Positions 61,816-64,000 of a stretch of DNA of 64,000 nucleotides are shown piece by piece. Positions within the stretch are counted from its first letter, which is position 1. Each line of letters begins with the position of its first letter. Below the pieces are notes generated by a model. The model searched no databases. It was not told where the DNA came from and saw only the letters and a program-made list of their open reading frames with translations. The translations under genes were made by a program, and so were the position numbers. The DNA comes from Spirochaetota bacterium (GTDB lineage: Bacteria > Spirochaetota > UBA12135 > COTS27 > CBDBHE01): assembly GCA_965205605.1 (NCBI GenBank), contig CBDBHE010000008.1:32001-96000 (forward strand), written 5' to 3'.

Positions 61816-62563
61816 TTTGCTTTTTGAGAATTTTTTGAGTATTTCCGTTTAGTTCATTTTTAAAACAAATTTTTTCTAAAGCATAATCTATTATTTTTTT
61901 ATCACAAGCACTCAAAGTATTAAGAATCAAGTCATTGATTTCATAAGAGAAATTTTTAGAATACACAATTAGTAAACCATCAATACAGTCAACTAGCTTC
62001 AAGCCACCCACCAACCTAATTCCCTCTTTAACAAAGACTTCATCTTCTTCTTTCAAAATCAAATCCCATAAAGAATAAATAGATTTATCATTTTTTTTAA
62101 GTCTCAATACTTTTAAAATAGAAGTTTTTTCATTACGCATTTGAATTGCTTCATATTGCTTAATTAATAAATTTTCTGTTATTCTTTTCAAAGAATACTC
62201 TTCCTTAGTAAAATTAATCTTAAAAAGATTTGGAATACAATAATAAGAAAATTTAATTTCTAAGATTCTATTTTCAAAAATTTCTTTAGTAATAACAGGG
62301 TTTTGATTTTTTTTCTTTAATTGCTTAAAATGTTTTTTTATAAAATCTACTTTTTCAAAATCAAAATATTTTTGTCCTACATTGATTCGGTTTTTAATAA
62401 ATTGATAAGCTCTAAGAAGCTTTTTAAATATTTCTTGATTTGAGTTTTTTTGATCGCTTGTATCAGGATGGTATTTAAAAAGAGCTTTTTTATAAGCTTT
62501 TTTTAAATTAGGCAATGTACAATCAAAGCCAACGCCTAATAAATCATAATATTCTTTAAACAT
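61808..62563 (-). CDS. J-domain protein (class C) with helical HEAT-like C-terminus
   Basis: YYDLLGV...LKKAYKK...KYHPD...FKKLLRAYQFI. Stop overlaps the recG start. Confidence 0.82.
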   Translation of the reverse strand: MFKEYYDLLGVGFDCTLPNLKKAYKKALFKYHPDTSDQKNSNQEIFKKLLRAYQFIKNRINVGQKYFDFEKVDFIKKHFKQLKKKNQNPVITKEIFENRILEIKFSYYCIPNLFKINFTKEEYSLKRITENLLIKQYEAIQMRNEKTSILKVLRLKKNDKSIYSLWDLILKEEDEVFVKEGIRLVGGLKLVDCIDGLLIVYSKNFSYEINDLILNTLSACDKKIIDYALEKICFKNELNGNTQKILKKQIV

Positions 62564-62662
62564 CTTTATTTTTATTATACTCTTTATAATCGTCAATAAT
62601 TATTATTATTTTTAGCTTATTTAACAAAGATAAAATAGAATTTTAAAAAAAACTAAAAGGAA

Positions 62663-63235
62663 TTAGAAATTTTTTTTAGCAAGACCTAAAAGAGAAATTT
62701 CATCTATAGAAAGATTAAGTTTTTTTGCTATTTCTCTATTAGAGATATTTTTTTTTTTAAAATAAAAAAGTTTTTCTTCCAAAGTCATTTTGTGAAAAGA
62801 CTCTTGTTCTTTTTCTTCTAAATAATTTTTTAAAGAAATTGATGAAGTTTTTAAATTTGAAACACCTCGATAAGCCTTTTGAACAGAAGAATCTTGAAGT
62901 TCTTTTTTATCTTTTTTTTGATCATTAAAAATAGATATTGTAGAATTATTTTGTTTATTTAATTTTTTATTAACAAATTCTCCCTTTAAAAAGTATTCTT
63001 TTTTTTTTATATTTAATTTTTCTTCAATAATTTTTACTATTTTTTTATTTTCTTCAATTTTATCTTCTATTAAAGAAATATTTCTATCAGCATACTTGTT
63101 AAAAGAAATAATCAAAAGGTCAAGTTCATTTTTAATATCTTGCGTAAGAATCTCTTTTTTAATTTTGTTTTTAAAAAAAAACAAAAAACCAAAATTAACA
63201 ATAAGTTGAAAAATAATTATTAAAAAATAAATCAT
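62663..63235 (-). CDS. Hypothetical membrane-anchored coiled-coil protein with C-terminal HTH (DUF6115-like)
   Basis: N-terminal TM, DRNISLIEDKI, EIAKKLNLSIDEISL. Confidence 0.7.
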   Translation of the reverse strand: MIYFLIIIFQLIVNFGFLFFFKNKIKKEILTQDIKNELDLLIISFNKYADRNISLIEDKIEENKKIVKIIEEKLNIKKKEYFLKGEFVNKKLNKQNNSTISIFNDQKKDKKELQDSSVQKAYRGVSNLKTSSISLKNYLEEKEQESFHKMTLEEKLFYFKKKNISNREIAKKLNLSIDEISLLGLAKKNF

Positions 63236-63552
63236 TAGTATTCTTTAATATCTAAAAAGTTTCCTTTATATTTTTCATCTCGCTTATCTTTTTCATCTGT
63301 AGTTTTATCTTCTTCTTTTTTATTGTTACTTTTGGATTTTTTTTTTTCATCACTTAACTTAAGACTTCCTACAACATTTTTATCCACTTGAGTTTTATCA
63401 ACTTCAACAATAATATTTTCTCTTTTTAATTCTATTTTTTGATCTTTAGCTATTTTTTCATCCCTTCTTTTAACTTTGTTTTGTAGTTCTCTTTTAGAAA
63501 CACTGCTTGTTTGCTTTAATAAAAGTTGTAAATCAATAGGTCTAAGAGACAT
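63235..63552 (-). CDS. Small hypothetical protein of the type that follows fapA
   Basis: MSLRPIDLQ...KGNFLDI, coupled to both neighbours. Confidence 0.7.
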   Translation of the reverse strand: MSLRPIDLQLLLKQTSSVSKRELQNKVKRRDEKIAKDQKIELKRENIIVEVDKTQVDKNVVGSLKLSDEKKKSKSNNKKEEDKTTDEKDKRDEKYKGNFLDIKEY

Positions 63553-63558
63553 TAAATA

Positions 63559-64000
63559 TCACCTTTTTCTTCTTCTTGATTTGATAGCTTCAAGCTTAAC
63601 ATATTCTGGATTTTCAATGTCTTGTATATATTTAGAAGCTCCTTGATCTCTTTTATTTTCTAAAATAGCTGTGTTACAAATCAAAGTAACCCCAACCATC
63701 ATTCTTGATAAAACAGTCACACTTCCCTCCTCTTCAGAATTTTCAATTGCCATTTTTATCTGTTCTAATTTTTCTTTATTTTGAACATGGTTTTCTTCTA
63801 AAGAATTAAGTTTATTTTGAAACTCTTTAAGTTTTAATTGTTTTTCTTCACCGTCTTCTTGCTGGTTTTCAAGATTTTTAATATCCAATTCGAAAGCTCT
63901 TTTTTGATCATCATATTGTTCAATTAATTTTGTGTATTTGTTAAAGCCAATCCTAATTTGAGGCAAAACTCCTACATAGACTTCTGTTTTTGCTCCAGCA
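63559..64000 (-). CDS. FapA (DUF342) flagellar assembly protein, C-terminal part (5'-truncated by window)
   Basis: Frame open to the window edge: AGAKTEVYVGV, coiled coil, GSVTV....VGVTL. Confidence 0.75.
   Translation of the reverse strand, partial: AGAKTEVYVGVLPQIRIGFNKYTKLIEQYDDQKRAFELDIKNLENQQEDGEEKQLKLKEFQNKLNSLEENHVQNKEKLEQIKMAIENSEEEGSVTVLSRMMVGVTLICNTAILENKRDQGASKYIQDIENPEYVKLEAIKSRRRKR

Overview
Very AT-rich, gene-dense bacterial chromosome segment in the standard bacterial genetic code. It is most likely a spirochaete, judging from a TatT-like lipoprotein, GreA-associated-domain genes, the FapA operon tail and spirochaete-type hypotheticals, and it also carries LPS-type genes. Most genes are housekeeping: carAB, purF, kdsB, murI, aroE, mtnP, argG, hemJ, ribBA, ilvC, murJ, degP, siroheme synthesis, a sulfite/nitrite reductase, a glycosyltransferase cluster, hisEG, pyk, ispFG, map, leuS and recG. 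I saw no rRNA, tRNA, CRISPR array, integrase or transposase. Four things are not shown by the ORF track. (1) Four frameshifts at A-homopolymers, one in hisG at the catalytic/regulatory domain boundary and three in the two-gene GreA-associated locus. (2) Decayed gene remnants in apparently intergenic DNA: a sugar-lactonase amidohydrolase, a probable receiver domain behind a sensor-less histidine kinase, and the tail of an Ig-repeat protein. (3) Unusual fusions: reductase-HEPN with an uncharacterised partner, CPA1-RCK-PTS IIA, and a hypothetical fused to OmpA. (4) A three-gene OmpA / beta-barrel / FlgD-Ig envelope module. All family calls rest on motif recognition by eye; no database searches were run.
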